Assembly: GCA_965216755.1 (NCBI GenBank)
Contig: CBDCGL010000011.1
Location: 2,432,001 to 2,496,000, forward strand
Source: Alphaproteobacteria bacterium
Lineage (GTDB): Bacteria > Pseudomonadota > Alphaproteobacteria > UBA7887
Length of the DNA stretch: 64,000 nt
Reading direction: 5' to 3'
The notes beneath the pieces are model-generated. The model did not search any database. It had not been told where the DNA came from and saw only the letters and a list, made by a program, of their open reading frames with translations. How positions within the stretch are numbered: the stretch's first letter is position 1; each line of letters starts with the position of its first letter. This document shows, piece after piece, positions 30,390-40,824 of this stretch. Both the position numbers and the translations under genes were made by a program.

Positions 30390-33300
30390 TCAGATCGCTT
30401 TGGCCGGGTTGCCGAGCCAGTGCGCGTTCGAATCGACTGTCTCGCCCTTCATCAAAAACGAATCCGCGGCCAATATGGCGTTGTCACCCATGGTGACCCC
30501 ATAATGCGCGAACGCGTTGATACCCAGCGTACAGCCTTTGCCAATCTTGATATGATCGGACTTGAACACGCCTTCTTCAAGGGAATGCGACTGCAACGTG
30601 CTTTCCTCATTCAGCGTGCAATAGTCGCCAATCACGGCCAGTGTTTTCTCGGTCGGCATGCAGCCGTCGTCGAAGACCATCTTTCCGACCCGGACACCCA
30701 ACAGCCGCGAAATCACACTTTTGAACGGTGTCCCAGTAAACAAAGATTGCAAGGGCGTGTCGGCGACTTTCCAGTGACGTTCGACCAGCCAGTAGCGGTC
30801 ATCATAAATGGTACATGTCAAGGGACGCAGTCTCCTAAATCCGAGACTGCACCATTCGAGTCCGACAAAATAGCCAATGGTCAAGGCGAACCCGGCGATA
30901 AAACCGACGACCAGCGACGCGAGTCCGAAGTCGTTGTAGAGCATCAGCGCGGTGAGGCCAAGATACATAGTAAGGTAGGAAAACAGCCATTTGCCGAGCA
31001 ACCAAAGCCCCATGGTTCGAATGTTATGGCTGTTCTTCTTGCGCAACTGGCTGTCACGCTCGCCGTCATCGACATTTGACATCTGTTGGTCACGCAGCGT
31101 CGCCCGCGGGATTTCAAAGCTCGGTGACCCGAGCAGGCCGACACCTTCACGCACCGGACCGTCGATCGGGATCATGACCTTGGTCGCCAACAAACAGTTG
31201 TTGCCGGTTTTGCTTTCCGATGGATAAAAGATTGCATTGCCCAAGTAATTATGATCACCGATAACGGTCTTCGAGACTTTGAAAGACGACGTCGAGAGTT
31301 GCGCATTCATCATCGTCAGCCCGTCGGAGACCATCGTGCCGGTCCCGATGTGGCACAGCAGCGGATTGTCGTGTTGCTGCATGGTGCCGAAATTGGAACC
31401 GGTTTGGATGACTTTCGCCAAGTCGTAGCCGATGAACCGCAAGTAACGCGTGATATACGAGCTGTCGCCAAACAGGTCATTGTAGAACTTCACGTTACTG
31501 ACCGCGTGGATGTATTGGAAGATAAGGTAACGGATCCCGTAGATCACGTAGGTCCTGCCCTCCTTCATGAACAAGTTGGCGAGTCGAGGCAACACGCCCG
31601 CAAATATCAGGCCAAGAGGAATGCTGAGCGCGAACACCCCGAAATGCACGGCCGGCAAGTATTGCGTGATGGGGCGCCAGTATGTGGCCAGAAGCGTGGA
31701 GAACCGCGCTAAGGCGTCGCCCTCGCCGAACAAGAACGGCAGAAAGTGAACCATGGCGAGCAACGGCAGCGGCAACACGATGAAATAACCGCTGATGATC
31801 AGGTATGCCGAATAGATGACACGCCGCAAAGTGCCGCAGTTTTTGGTTTCCATTTGGCAGAAATCGGTGTCCGTCTCTTCCGCCGGGGAGCCGTGATAGC
31901 GTTTCCCGGCCGGGACAACTTGACCCGGCTGCAATGAAGACACATGAGCCAGCTGGGTGTTGTCCTCCATAGCGGAATTGATGTCGATGATCGAGGCTTC
32001 GCCGACAAAGGCGTTGCTGCCAATCGATACCGAGCCGATCTGGATGTAGCCACCTTCGGCCCGATAGCCCTTGAGGATCGTCTCGCGGCTCAAAATCGTG
32101 TTGTCGCCAATTGAGATCAGATCGGTGCAAACCGGCCCCGACTTGGAAAGAATGACCACATTCTTGCCGATTTTGGCGCCGAGCAAACGCAGGTAAATGT
32201 TGTAGACTGGCGTCCCAACGAACATCGCCATCGGATTGATCTTGGTATACTGCCGGACTACCCAGAAGCGGAAATAGGATAGGCTCCAAATGGGTATGCG
32301 CTCTTCTTTCCAGCGGCCGATCAGCAGCCATTTCACGGCGAAGGGCAGGGCCAGCGAGAACGCCAGCGATGCCATGGCAAAGATAAAGACGCGGGTGTAG
32401 GCGTCCACCATGCCCGTGGCCGAGAACACCCAATTCACACTGAAGATCATGAGCCACAAACCGGCGGCAATGTTGGCGCCGTAAAACAGCAGCTGCAGCG
32501 CGCCGCAGGTAAAATATTCGCGTTTACTTGGAATGCGGTAGGTATCCGGGTTGCCGACCACCGCAGCCGTTGCGTCCTTGGCAGCCAACAAGCCGGCCAA
32601 ACCACGAACGGTCGGGTTGCGGTAGATGTCGCGCATCGACACATCGGTGATATCGAGTTTTTTGCGGATCTTGGCCGTGAAATTGGCCATCATGAGTGAG
32701 TTGGCGCCAAGGTCCTCGAACAGATCGTCTTCAACGGAAACGCGTTCGACATTCAGCAAGCCGGCGAGAATATCGGCGAGTGCGGTTTCAAGTTGCGTGT
32801 CGGGCGCCACATAATCGCGGTCGGTGCGGTTAATCCGCTGCCGCGATGGGGCGGGCAGAGCCTTTCGGTCCGCCTTGTCATTCGACGTCATGGGAATGAT
32901 GTCGAGCGGCTCGTAGTAGGTCGGCACCATGTAGCTTGGCATTAACTCGCGCAGGGCGTCAGCCACACAGGCGGGTTCCAGGTGCGGCCGGCCTTCGACC
33001 GCGGTGTAGTACGCCACCAGCTCCTTGACGCCCGGCTCCGCCTCATACGTGTCAACCACCGCCTGGGCGACACCGGGAATCTGCATGATCACCGACTCGA
33101 TCTCAGTCAGTTCGATCCGATAGCCCCGAATCTTGACCTGCGTGTCAATGCGACCGAGATACTCAATCTGTCCTTCCGCGTTGACGCGACCGAGATCGCC
33201 GGTCCGGTAAATACGCTCGGACGGGTTGTTCGGGATGTTGAGAAAATCGTCGATAAACGCTTTCTCCGTCAGATCCTCTCGGCCAAGATAGCCGGGGGCC

Positions 33301-34502
33301 AAACAGATCCCGGCGATACCGATTTCGCCGGTGTCGCCGCGCGGCAAGGCGCGATTTTCATCCGCCGACAGGATCACGATCGAATAGGTCGGCAGCGGCA
33401 CGCCGATGGTGACGGGCGTGCCGGGGCGCAACGCGGTGACCGTTGCGGTCACGGTCGCCTCGGTCGGACCATAGGCGTTCAGGATGGTGCGGTCATCGCG
33501 GTACCAGCGTTCGACCAAGTCATAAGGGCACGCTTCGCCCGATGTGATCAAAAGGCGCAGGTCCGGCAGATCTTCCTCGATCGTGGCCAACAGGGTCGGC
33601 ACGCAACACAGGGCGGTAACCCGGCGCTCGGCCAAGAATTCGTGCAAGTCCGAACCCAATAGGCTGCCGCCGGTCTGATTGGGCACCAAAGTGGCACCGG
33701 CGATCAACGGCACCCAAATCTCCTCGACAGAGAAGTCGAATGCGATCGTCAAGCCCTGATAGACCCGGTCCTGCCACCGATAGCCGTAGACTTCGGCCGC
33801 CACGCGAACAAAGTTGCAGATGCTACCGTGTTTGATCGGCACGCCTTTCGGTCGCCCGGTGGTGCCTGACGTATAGATGATGTAGGAGAGCTCGCTTAAC
33901 GGGTGCCCCGTCTCGTCGAGGGTCAAGCGCGCCGCATCCTCGGCTTGGATATCTTCTTCGCTTTGGTCGATACAGAGTAGAGGCGTCGTCAGGGCCTTAA
34001 GATTTTCGGTATGTCGCGACAAGGTCACGATCATACTGACGGCGGCATCCTCTGCGATGTAACGGATTCGATCTTCCGGAAAGCAAACATCAAGCGGAAC
34101 ATAGGCGGCATTGATCTTCTGCACCGCAAGAAGCGACACATAGCTGTCGACGGAGCGATCAAAAAGAAGACCGATGATGTCGCCGGTACCGAGCCCCTGC
34201 CGAATCATATACCGCGCTAATTGATTGGCACGCCGATCGAGTTCGCTATAGCTCAAGGCCCCTTCTTGGCTATCGATTGCAAGATGCTCCGCCCTGCCGT
34301 CGCGCGCCAACGCGTCGCAGCGTGCCTCAAACAAGTGATGAAGCCGCTCGCCGCTTGTCCAACGTGGGTTATTGTCCCCCTCAGGCACCAGAATCAGGGC
34401 GCGCCGCGCGTCGTCGACGGTCATTGTCGAGTGAGAGGCTTGGGAGACCGGCACCTGCCGCGCATGCGCGGTCTTTGGTTCTAGGTCCAACGAGAAGTCC
34501 AT
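30390..34502 (-). CDS. Pls/PosA-family single-module membrane NRPS (A-T-transmembrane with C-terminal hexapeptide-like domains)
   Basis: A-domain motifs YIIYTSGTTGRPKG, AFDFSVEE, NAYGPTE, YRTGDL, QVKIRGYRIEL; carrier motif DLGANSL; then TM segments alternating with LLGAKIG/LLGVRVG and IG-repeat domains; ends WLGNPA. Confidence 0.9.
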   Translation of the reverse strand: MDFSLDLEPKTAHARQVPVSQASHSTMTVDDARRALILVPEGDNNPRWTSGERLHHLFEARCDALARDGRAEHLAIDSQEGALSYSELDRRANQLARYMIRQGLGTGDIIGLLFDRSVDSYVSLLAVQKINAAYVPLDVCFPEDRIRYIAEDAAVSMIVTLSRHTENLKALTTPLLCIDQSEEDIQAEDAARLTLDETGHPLSELSYIIYTSGTTGRPKGVPIKHGSICNFVRVAAEVYGYRWQDRVYQGLTIAFDFSVEEIWVPLIAGATLVPNQTGGSLLGSDLHEFLAERRVTALCCVPTLLATIEEDLPDLRLLITSGEACPYDLVERWYRDDRTILNAYGPTEATVTATVTALRPGTPVTIGVPLPTYSIVILSADENRALPRGDTGEIGIAGICLAPGYLGREDLTEKAFIDDFLNIPNNPSERIYRTGDLGRVNAEGQIEYLGRIDTQVKIRGYRIELTEIESVIMQIPGVAQAVVDTYEAEPGVKELVAYYTAVEGRPHLEPACVADALRELMPSYMVPTYYEPLDIIPMTSNDKADRKALPAPSRQRINRTDRDYVAPDTQLETALADILAGLLNVERVSVEDDLFEDLGANSLMMANFTAKIRKKLDITDVSMRDIYRNPTVRGLAGLLAAKDATAAVVGNPDTYRIPSKREYFTCGALQLLFYGANIAAGLWLMIFSVNWVFSATGMVDAYTRVFIFAMASLAFSLALPFAVKWLLIGRWKEERIPIWSLSYFRFWVVRQYTKINPMAMFVGTPVYNIYLRLLGAKIGKNVVILSKSGPVCTDLISIGDNTILSRETILKGYRAEGGYIQIGSVSIGSNAFVGEASIIDINSAMEDNTQLAHVSSLQPGQVVPAGKRYHGSPAEETDTDFCQMETKNCGTLRRVIYSAYLIISGYFIVLPLPLLAMVHFLPFLFGEGDALARFSTLLATYWRPITQYLPAVHFGVFALSIPLGLIFAGVLPRLANLFMKEGRTYVIYGIRYLIFQYIHAVSNVKFYNDLFGDSSYITRYLRFIGYDLAKVIQTGSNFGTMQQHDNPLLCHIGTGTMVSDGLTMMNAQLSTSSFKVSKTVIGDHNYLGNAIFYPSESKTGNNCLLATKVMIPIDGPVREGVGLLGSPSFEIPRATLRDQQMSNVDDGERDSQLRKKNSHNIRTMGLWLLGKWLFSYLTMYLGLTALMLYNDFGLASLVVGFIAGFALTIGYFVGLEWCSLGFRRLRPLTCTIYDDRYWLVERHWKVADTPLQSLFTGTPFKSVISRLLGVRVGKMVFDDGCMPTEKTLAVIGDYCTLNEESTLQSHSLEEGVFKSDHIKIGKGCTLGINAFAHYGVTMGDNAILAADSFLMKGETVDSNAHWLGNPAKAI

Positions 34503-34566
34503 CTTGCACCACCGTTTGTCGTGATGACGCGCCTCGATCCTTGAGCCGGATCGAGAGCGCGTCGGG

Positions 34567-34977
34567 TTAAAAGGACGCCACCGTCGGCCTTAGAAAGGCT
34601 GACATGGTGACGAGGTAGTGGCGGGCCGCAGCGGCATCCCGATCCGAAGCCGTGGGTTGATCGTGCGGCTGGTCGGTTGGGTCGACGGGCGCGCCGCCGA
34701 CGGTCCAACCGTTCCCCTCTAGATCGGCAAGCGCGGCGCCCAAGGGCGACTGCCCCCGCCGCCGTATGCCGACAAAGACATAGCTGAATGGATCGAAGCT
34801 GGGCACGGCCGGAAGCTCGTCAGCCGACAGAGCCAAACCGATGGCCACCCCGGCAAGGTCGAGTGCCTTGGCGACGCTGGCGCTCGGACAGGTCCGAAAC
34901 AGCACCATCTTCTTCGGCCCGCGCGTCAAAAGAACGCGATCGCGGGCGTAGCTGCTAAAATTTCGTCCGATGAACAT
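34567..34977 (-). CDS. Hypothetical protein between the DABA transaminase and the NRPS
   Basis: GGAGG RBS directly after the transaminase stop; co-oriented. Confidence 0.55.
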   Translation of the reverse strand: MFIGRNFSSYARDRVLLTRGPKKMVLFRTCPSASVAKALDLAGVAIGLALSADELPAVPSFDPFSYVFVGIRRRGQSPLGAALADLEGNGWTVGGAPVDPTDQPHDQPTASDRDAAAARHYLVTMSAFLRPTVASF

Positions 34978-34992
34978 CTCTACCTCCCTGCC

Positions 34993-36300
34993 CTAAGCGG
35001 TTGCCGGAATCGGAAGACGCGAAAATTGTGCGCCGAAGCCACCAAACTCCTGCGCCAGCGCGTGCTCCAGGCGATCCAGACCATCATCCAAATGCTCCCA
35101 ACTAATGGTGAGTGGCATGAGGCATTTGATGACTTCGTCGTTCGGCCCGGCTCGTTCGATGATGAGCCCATTTGCGAAAGCGTTCTTCGTCACTGCGGCA
35201 GCGCGATCCGGATCCGCGGCGCGCACACCTTGCATCATGCCGTGCCCGCGCACTTCGACCAGGTGCGGCGCGAAAGAACGCACCATACGTTGCAGGCGCT
35301 CGGTCAAATGCTGACCCTTGGCACACACATCATTGGCGAAATCCGCCGTGCGCCAGTAGCGTTCAAGAGCCGCCGTGGCGGTGACGAACGCGTGATTGTT
35401 GCCCCGGAAGGTGCCGTTGTGCTCGCCGGGCTGCCACTGGTCCAACGACCGACGCATCAAGACAAGCGCAAACGGCAGGCCGTAACCGGACAGCGATTTT
35501 GACAGTGTGACGATGTCGGGCTCGATACCGGCCCATTCGAAGCTAAAGAACGCGCCCGTTCGGCCGCACCCGGCTTGAATGTCATCGACGATCAGCAGGA
35601 TGTCGTTCTTTTGGCAAAAAGCCTGCAAACGTTGCAGCCAGGCGGCGCGGGCAACATTGAGTCCGCCTTCGCCTTGGACGGTTTCAACAATCACCGCGGC
35701 GGGATGGTCGACACCACTTGAGGGGTCTTCCACCATACGCTCGAGATAAGCGATGCTGTCGAGATCGCCGAGATAGCCGTCGAAGGGCATCACGGTCGTG
35801 CCATAAAGAGGTACGCCGGCGGCGCCGCGGTGGTGCTGATTGCCGGTCGCCGCCAGCGCCCCGGTGGACACGCCATGAAAACCATTTGTAAAACAAATGA
35901 CGTTCGTCCGATTGGTCACCTTGCGGGCGATTTTCAGGGCGGCCTCAACCGCGTTCGTTCCGGTCGGGCCGGTGAACTGCGCCACATAGTCCAAGCCTCG
36001 CGGTTCGAGCACGATGTGCTGCAACGCCTGAAGGAAACGTTCCTTGGCCGCAGTATGAAGATCGAGGCTATGGGTGATTCCGTCGCGTGTGATGTGCTCG
36101 ATCAATGCTTGCTTTAGCAAGGGATTGTTGTGGCCGTAATTCAAGGATCCGGCACCGGCAAGAAAGTCCAGGTACCGTCGCCCCGAGGCATCCCAGATCT
36201 CCGCGCCGACCGCACGATCAAAAACACGCGGAAAGGCCCGTGCATAAGACTGCACGCTCGACTCCACTTGTTCGAAGATGTTGTTTGTCGTCATTGTCAT
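34993..36300 (-). CDS. ectB: Diaminobutyrate--2-oxoglutarate transaminase (EctB/Dat)
   Basis: [59 protein letters not shown] Lys in [19 protein letters not shown]. Confidence 0.93.
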   Translation of the reverse strand: MTMTTNNIFEQVESSVQSYARAFPRVFDRAVGAEIWDASGRRYLDFLAGAGSLNYGHNNPLLKQALIEHITRDGITHSLDLHTAAKERFLQALQHIVLEPRGLDYVAQFTGPTGTNAVEAALKIARKVTNRTNVICFTNGFHGVSTGALAATGNQHHRGAAGVPLYGTTVMPFDGYLGDLDSIAYLERMVEDPSSGVDHPAAVIVETVQGEGGLNVARAAWLQRLQAFCQKNDILLIVDDIQAGCGRTGAFFSFEWAGIEPDIVTLSKSLSGYGLPFALVLMRRSLDQWQPGEHNGTFRGNNHAFVTATAALERYWRTADFANDVCAKGQHLTERLQRMVRSFAPHLVEVRGHGMMQGVRAADPDRAAAVTKNAFANGLIIERAGPNDEVIKCLMPLTISWEHLDDGLDRLEHALAQEFGGFGAQFSRLPIPATA

Positions 36301-36762
36301 GGTCTCCCAAACCAATAGAGTTCACCGACTTGCGGTCGTGTTCTTGCGCACGCGCCTACGCTCGCGCGCAGTCGCGGCTCGACCGATCTATGAAGGGGAT
36401 GCCTTGCCCGCGGTTACCGCGCCGGGCGTCTTAGGCCCTGAACGTCAACCGGTTCCGGGCTTGAAATCTGAACACTGTCTGATTCCCCCGAAGAAGATCC
36501 GTTCGTGTGAACTAGATCACATATCGGAGTACACGCGGGGTACGCGCCGGGGGGTTATTCTTCGTTAAAAAAAGACCGCACGCGCGAAAATGGGGCAATT
36601 AAGTTATTGACGCAGAAAGATTATCGACACACCACGAAAACGATCGACCGGCCCCGCATGGATCACGGGCAACGGTTCGATCGGTTGATTTTGACGATCA
36701 TAGGAGCATCAGTGATCGGCGCGATCACAATTCTGTGCCTGATCAAACCAGCCCGATAACGC

Positions 36763-36990
36763 TCACGGAGGTAACGCGGTCGCGGTTTTGTATTGGTGCA
36801 GGGCGATCTGCGAGGTGGCCGAAGCGACCGAATCGTGGCCAAGCACGCTTTCCATCAAAAAGCGCCAGAATTCGGCGACGCTTCGCGCGCGAACGATCAG
36901 CGTATCGTCATTGGCACCGGTCACCGCATGGCACTCCAGGATTTCGGACGTTTCCACGATTTTGTTTTCGAAAGCCTGACGCTTTTTTTT
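36763..36990 (-). pseudogene. Lrp/AsnC regulator remnant (ligand-binding domain only)
   Basis: AFE..I....EILECHAVTG..D..L.V.......F..FL...... is the AsnC C-domain. There is no HTH; a 9-T run lies at the truncation point. It is divergent from hppD. Confidence 0.75.
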
Positions 36991-37117
36991 TGGGGTTCAT
37001 AGTTTTTCGGATTCACGAAGACAAAGACACAGAGGTGAAATACGCCTCAATAAGAACGATAAAACCCAAAAAATCGCGATAGAATGTGCCGCCGACACGC
37101 ACAGAGGGGAATGCGCG

Positions 37118-38203
37118 ATGGCTGATCTTTTCGACAACCCGACCGGCCTGGACGGGTTTGAATTCGTGGAGTTTTCGGCACCGGAAAAGGGCGTGCTGGA
37201 ACCGGTCTTTGAGAGCATGGGTTTTGCCGAAGTCGCCCGGCACCGTTCGAAGGATGTCGCGCTCTGGCGCCAGGGCGAAATCAATCTGATTACGAACTAC
37301 GAGCCACGGTCCGCAGCGTGGTTCTTTGCGCGCGAGCATGGCCCTTCGGCCTGCGGCATGGCCTTTCGGGTCGGGGACGCCGCCAAGGCTTACGACCATT
37401 TGATCGCGCAAGGTGCCGAGCCGGTACCTGTCGTCACCGGGCCAATGGAACTGCGCATTCCGGCCATCCGCGGCATCGGCGGCGCCATCCTCTATCTGGT
37501 CGATCGCTACGGCGACGACCTCTCGATCTACGATATCGATTTCAATTATTTGCCTGGCGTCGACCTCAAGCCCGTCGGCGCGGGTTTTAGGATGATCGAT
37601 CACCTGACCCACAACGTCTATTCCGGCCGTATCGCCTATTGGGCGAATTACTATGAAACGCTGTTCAATTTCCGCGAGATTCGCGATTTTGACATCAAGG
37701 GCGAATATACCGGCCTGACGTCAAAAGCGCTGACCGCCCCGGATGGCAAGATTCGGATACCGCTGAATGAAGAGGCCGAAGGCGGAAAAGGCCAGATCGA
37801 GGAATATCTGCGCGCATTCAATGGCGAAGGTATCCAGCATGTCGCCCTTATTTGCGATGACTTGATCGCGTGCTGGGACCAATTGAAGGCACGCGGTGTC
37901 CCCTTCATGACGGCGCCATCAGACACCTATTACGACATGATTGGCGAGCGCCTGCCGGGACATGGTGAACCTGTAGGCGAACTAAAGGCCCGTGGCATTC
38001 TGCTGGACGGAACGACAGACGGGGGTCAGCCACGCCTCTTGCTGCAGATCTTTGCCGAAGCCCAAATCGGGCCTGTGTTCTTCGAATTCATCCAGCGGAA
38101 GGGCGACGACGGCTTTGGCGAAGGCAACTTCAAAGCGCTGTTTGAATCCATGGAGCGCGATCAAATCCGGCGCGGTGTGCTCAATACTGAAGACACGGTA
38201 TAG
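37118..38203 (+). CDS. hppD: 4-hydroxyphenylpyruvate dioxygenase
   Basis: [49 protein letters not shown]. Confidence 0.97.
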   Translation: MADLFDNPTGLDGFEFVEFSAPEKGVLEPVFESMGFAEVARHRSKDVALWRQGEINLITNYEPRSAAWFFAREHGPSACGMAFRVGDAAKAYDHLIAQGAEPVPVVTGPMELRIPAIRGIGGAILYLVDRYGDDLSIYDIDFNYLPGVDLKPVGAGFRMIDHLTHNVYSGRIAYWANYYETLFNFREIRDFDIKGEYTGLTSKALTAPDGKIRIPLNEEAEGGKGQIEEYLRAFNGEGIQHVALICDDLIACWDQLKARGVPFMTAPSDTYYDMIGERLPGHGEPVGELKARGILLDGTTDGGQPRLLLQIFAEAQIGPVFFEFIQRKGDDGFGEGNFKALFESMERDQIRRGVLNTEDTV

Positions 38204-38352
38204 GGGACCGCACCTTGCGTGAGACATCGCCGCCGCGTACGCGCGCATAGCGGCATTTCCCCCTTGTCCTCCGGCGCTTTGCAACCAATCCCATTGGGCG
38301 TAGCTTTGTCGCGAGATCTTGCGCGCAGGCGCGTGAACGGGGAGATCGAGGC

Positions 38353-39471
38353 ATGAGAGCGGCAACAGCACTGGCCGCCGCGGGCGGCGTCGTCGTCGGC
38401 ATAGCAATTGGTGCGACATTGTTCCGGAGCGGTGACGAGACCGAGGGTGCAACACAAACCGATAGTTCCGCGCCCACCACGGTCGCGGAGCCCGGCGTCG
38501 GACCATCCGTGCAATGGAAACTGGCCGGTTTGTTTCCCCGCACCTTGGTGCTGACGGGCGAACAAGGTGTCCGATTCGTCGACCGGCTCAAGGTGATCTC
38601 GAACGGCGACATCGAGCTCAAATATTTCGAACCCGGTGCGCTCGTGCCGGGCCTGGAGATCTTCGATGCGGTGTCGTCCGGGGCCATCGACGCCGGTTGG
38701 GCAAGCCCAGGCTTTTGGGCGGGCAAAGTGTCGGCACTGCAGTTCTTCACCGCGGTCCCATTCGGTCCCGAGCCAGGTGAGTTGCTCGGCTGGCTGATGT
38801 ATGGCGGTGGTCGCGAGCTGGTGGAGGAACTCTACCATCGTCACAATATCCACCCGCTCATATGCAACATGACGTCACCCGAGGGCTCGGGCTGGTTTCG
38901 ACGCCCGATCGAGTCGGTCGACGACCTCAGGGGCCTCAAAATGCGTTTCTTCGGCCTCGGCGCCAAAGTGGTCGAAAAACTCGGCGTCTCGACACAACTG
39001 ATCGCGCCAGGTGACATTTTTCCAGCGCTTGAGCTGGGCACTATCGACGCGGCCGAATTTGCCATGCCGGTTATGGACGAGGCGCTCGGCCTCGACCAAG
39101 TCGCCAAGCATTATTACTTCCCCGGCTGGCACCAACCTGCGAGCTTCGGCGACCTCATCGTCAACATCGAACGCTGGGAGGCGCTCAACGCGACCCAGAA
39201 AGCGCAAATCGAAATGGCGTGCCGCGAAAGCGTACTGCGCGGGCTTGCCGAAGGCGAGGCACTGCAAGGCAAAGCCTTGGAAGCACTACAAGAGCGCGGC
39301 GTGACTCTGCACCGCTGGCCGCCCGAAATGATTGCGGCGTTCCGCGGCGCGTGGCACGAGGTGGCCGCAGAGCAGGCCGCCGCCGACGCCGACTTCGCCC
39401 GCGTTTGGGAATCATTGAGCACGTTCCGCGAGACCTATAGCCTGTGGGGCGAATACGGCTATCTGCGCTGA
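38353..39471 (+). CDS. TRAP transporter solute-binding protein (DctP/TakP-like)
   Basis: FTAVPFG, GWFRRPI.S..DL.GLKMR, YYFPGWHQP. Confidence 0.9.
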   Translation: MRAATALAAAGGVVVGIAIGATLFRSGDETEGATQTDSSAPTTVAEPGVGPSVQWKLAGLFPRTLVLTGEQGVRFVDRLKVISNGDIELKYFEPGALVPGLEIFDAVSSGAIDAGWASPGFWAGKVSALQFFTAVPFGPEPGELLGWLMYGGGRELVEELYHRHNIHPLICNMTSPEGSGWFRRPIESVDDLRGLKMRFFGLGAKVVEKLGVSTQLIAPGDIFPALELGTIDAAEFAMPVMDEALGLDQVAKHYYFPGWHQPASFGDLIVNIERWEALNATQKAQIEMACRESVLRGLAEGEALQGKALEALQERGVTLHRWPPEMIAAFRGAWHEVAAEQAAADADFARVWESLSTFRETYSLWGEYGYLR

Positions 39472-39601
39472 AGCAATAGGTCAAGCACCAAGCTCATTAT
39501 TTTGTCAGCATCATATGCTTATGCACAGGATATAGACGTCGCAATCGACACGCCGACCGGAAGCGCCACGTACATGGTAGGTGACCAGCGAAACGGCGTT
39601 T

Positions 39602-39701
39602 CGGTGTTTCGGTGACAGTTTACTAAATACACCGGATTTTGTGGTGATTTATCAAAGACTACGATATTTTGTGTATTTAGTAAACTGTCACCGAAACACC
39701 G
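39602..39701. repeat. Perfect 31-bp inverted repeat with 38-bp AT-rich spacer (REP-doublet/MITE-like)
   Basis: CGGTGTTTCGGTGACAGTTTACTAAATACAC (39602-39632) and its exact reverse complement at 39671-39701. Confidence 0.85.
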
Positions 39702-39941
39702 TAATATCCGATGATTCTGGCGGACACCGACCTGTTAGCGATTTTGGACAGGTCTTGGTCGCTTAAGTAGGGCGCGCGAGCGGCGCGCGCGGCACGGTCA
39801 GCGTGGTCTTCGCGCAAGGCTTCCACGACGCTCTATTCGCCGCGGGCAACGCTGCCGCCGAAAACCTGCGGATCCGGTCAACCGCCATACCGTGTTAAAG
39901 GACGGCGACATTCATCAACAAAGCTGTCAAGGAACGCCATC

Positions 39942-40730
39942 ATGCCCCCAGATGCCTTTGATGTGACCGGCAAGGCGGTTTTGATTACGGGTGCAGGACG
40001 CGGCATCGGCAAGGGCATCGCGCAAGTTCTGGCCGAGGCCGGCGCCGACGTCGCCATCAATGCCCTAACCCCGCGCTATGTCGAGGGCGTCGCGGCTGAG
40101 ATTGCCGGCGCCAGCGGCAGAAAGGTTGTACCGGTGATCGCGGACGTCACCAAAATCGATGGCGCGCAGCGGGCAATTGACGCAACGATGGAGGCCTTTG
40201 GCCGAATCGATGTGCTGATCAACAATTTGGGCGACGCCATCTACAAGCCACTGGTGGCCTTGCCCGGCGATGAAACACCAGCATTGACCGACGAAGAGCT
40301 GAACCTGGTCATGGATGTCAACCTCACCGAGGCCATTTTGTGCACGCGCGCAGTCGGGCCGCACATGTTGGCGCGCCGTTCGGGCAAGGTGATCAACATT
40401 TCCTCTTGGACCGCCCGCCAAGGCGGCGGCGACATGGTCGTGTACTCGATCGCCAAGACCGGTCTGGCTGGCTTCACCCGTGCCCAAGCGTTGGAATGGG
40501 CGCCATATGGCGTGCACGTGAATAGTATTGCGCCAGGCATTTTTCCCGACCCGGTGACGGTCGGGGACGATGGGATGGCGCGCTCCAAAGAAATGGCGGC
40601 GCGCAGCGTACCCTTGATTCGTCCCGGCGAGCTCCGTGAAGTGGGCTATCTGGCGCTCTACCTCGCATCGGCCGCGTCTAACTACATGACCGGACAAACC
40701 ATTTCGCTCGATGGCGGCATGAGCCTATAG
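39942..40730 (+). CDS. Short-chain dehydrogenase/reductase
   Basis: TGAGRGIG, YSIAK, VNSIAPG, DGG. Confidence 0.93.
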   Translation: MPPDAFDVTGKAVLITGAGRGIGKGIAQVLAEAGADVAINALTPRYVEGVAAEIAGASGRKVVPVIADVTKIDGAQRAIDATMEAFGRIDVLINNLGDAIYKPLVALPGDETPALTDEELNLVMDVNLTEAILCTRAVGPHMLARRSGKVINISSWTARQGGGDMVVYSIAKTGLAGFTRAQALEWAPYGVHVNSIAPGIFPDPVTVGDDGMARSKEMAARSVPLIRPGELREVGYLALYLASAASNYMTGQTISLDGGMSL

Positions 40731-40824
40731 GCCTGCACGGCTGCGAACATGCTCGGGACAGCGCTGTGTGAGCCAACATGATACGCTCGGCCTGACCAGT
40801 TCACCGAGCGAGAGATCAAGAGAC

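Noticed and set aside
34993-36300. Ectoine biosynthesis operon
   Set aside because: No ectA or ectC is adjacent; the context is an NRPS.
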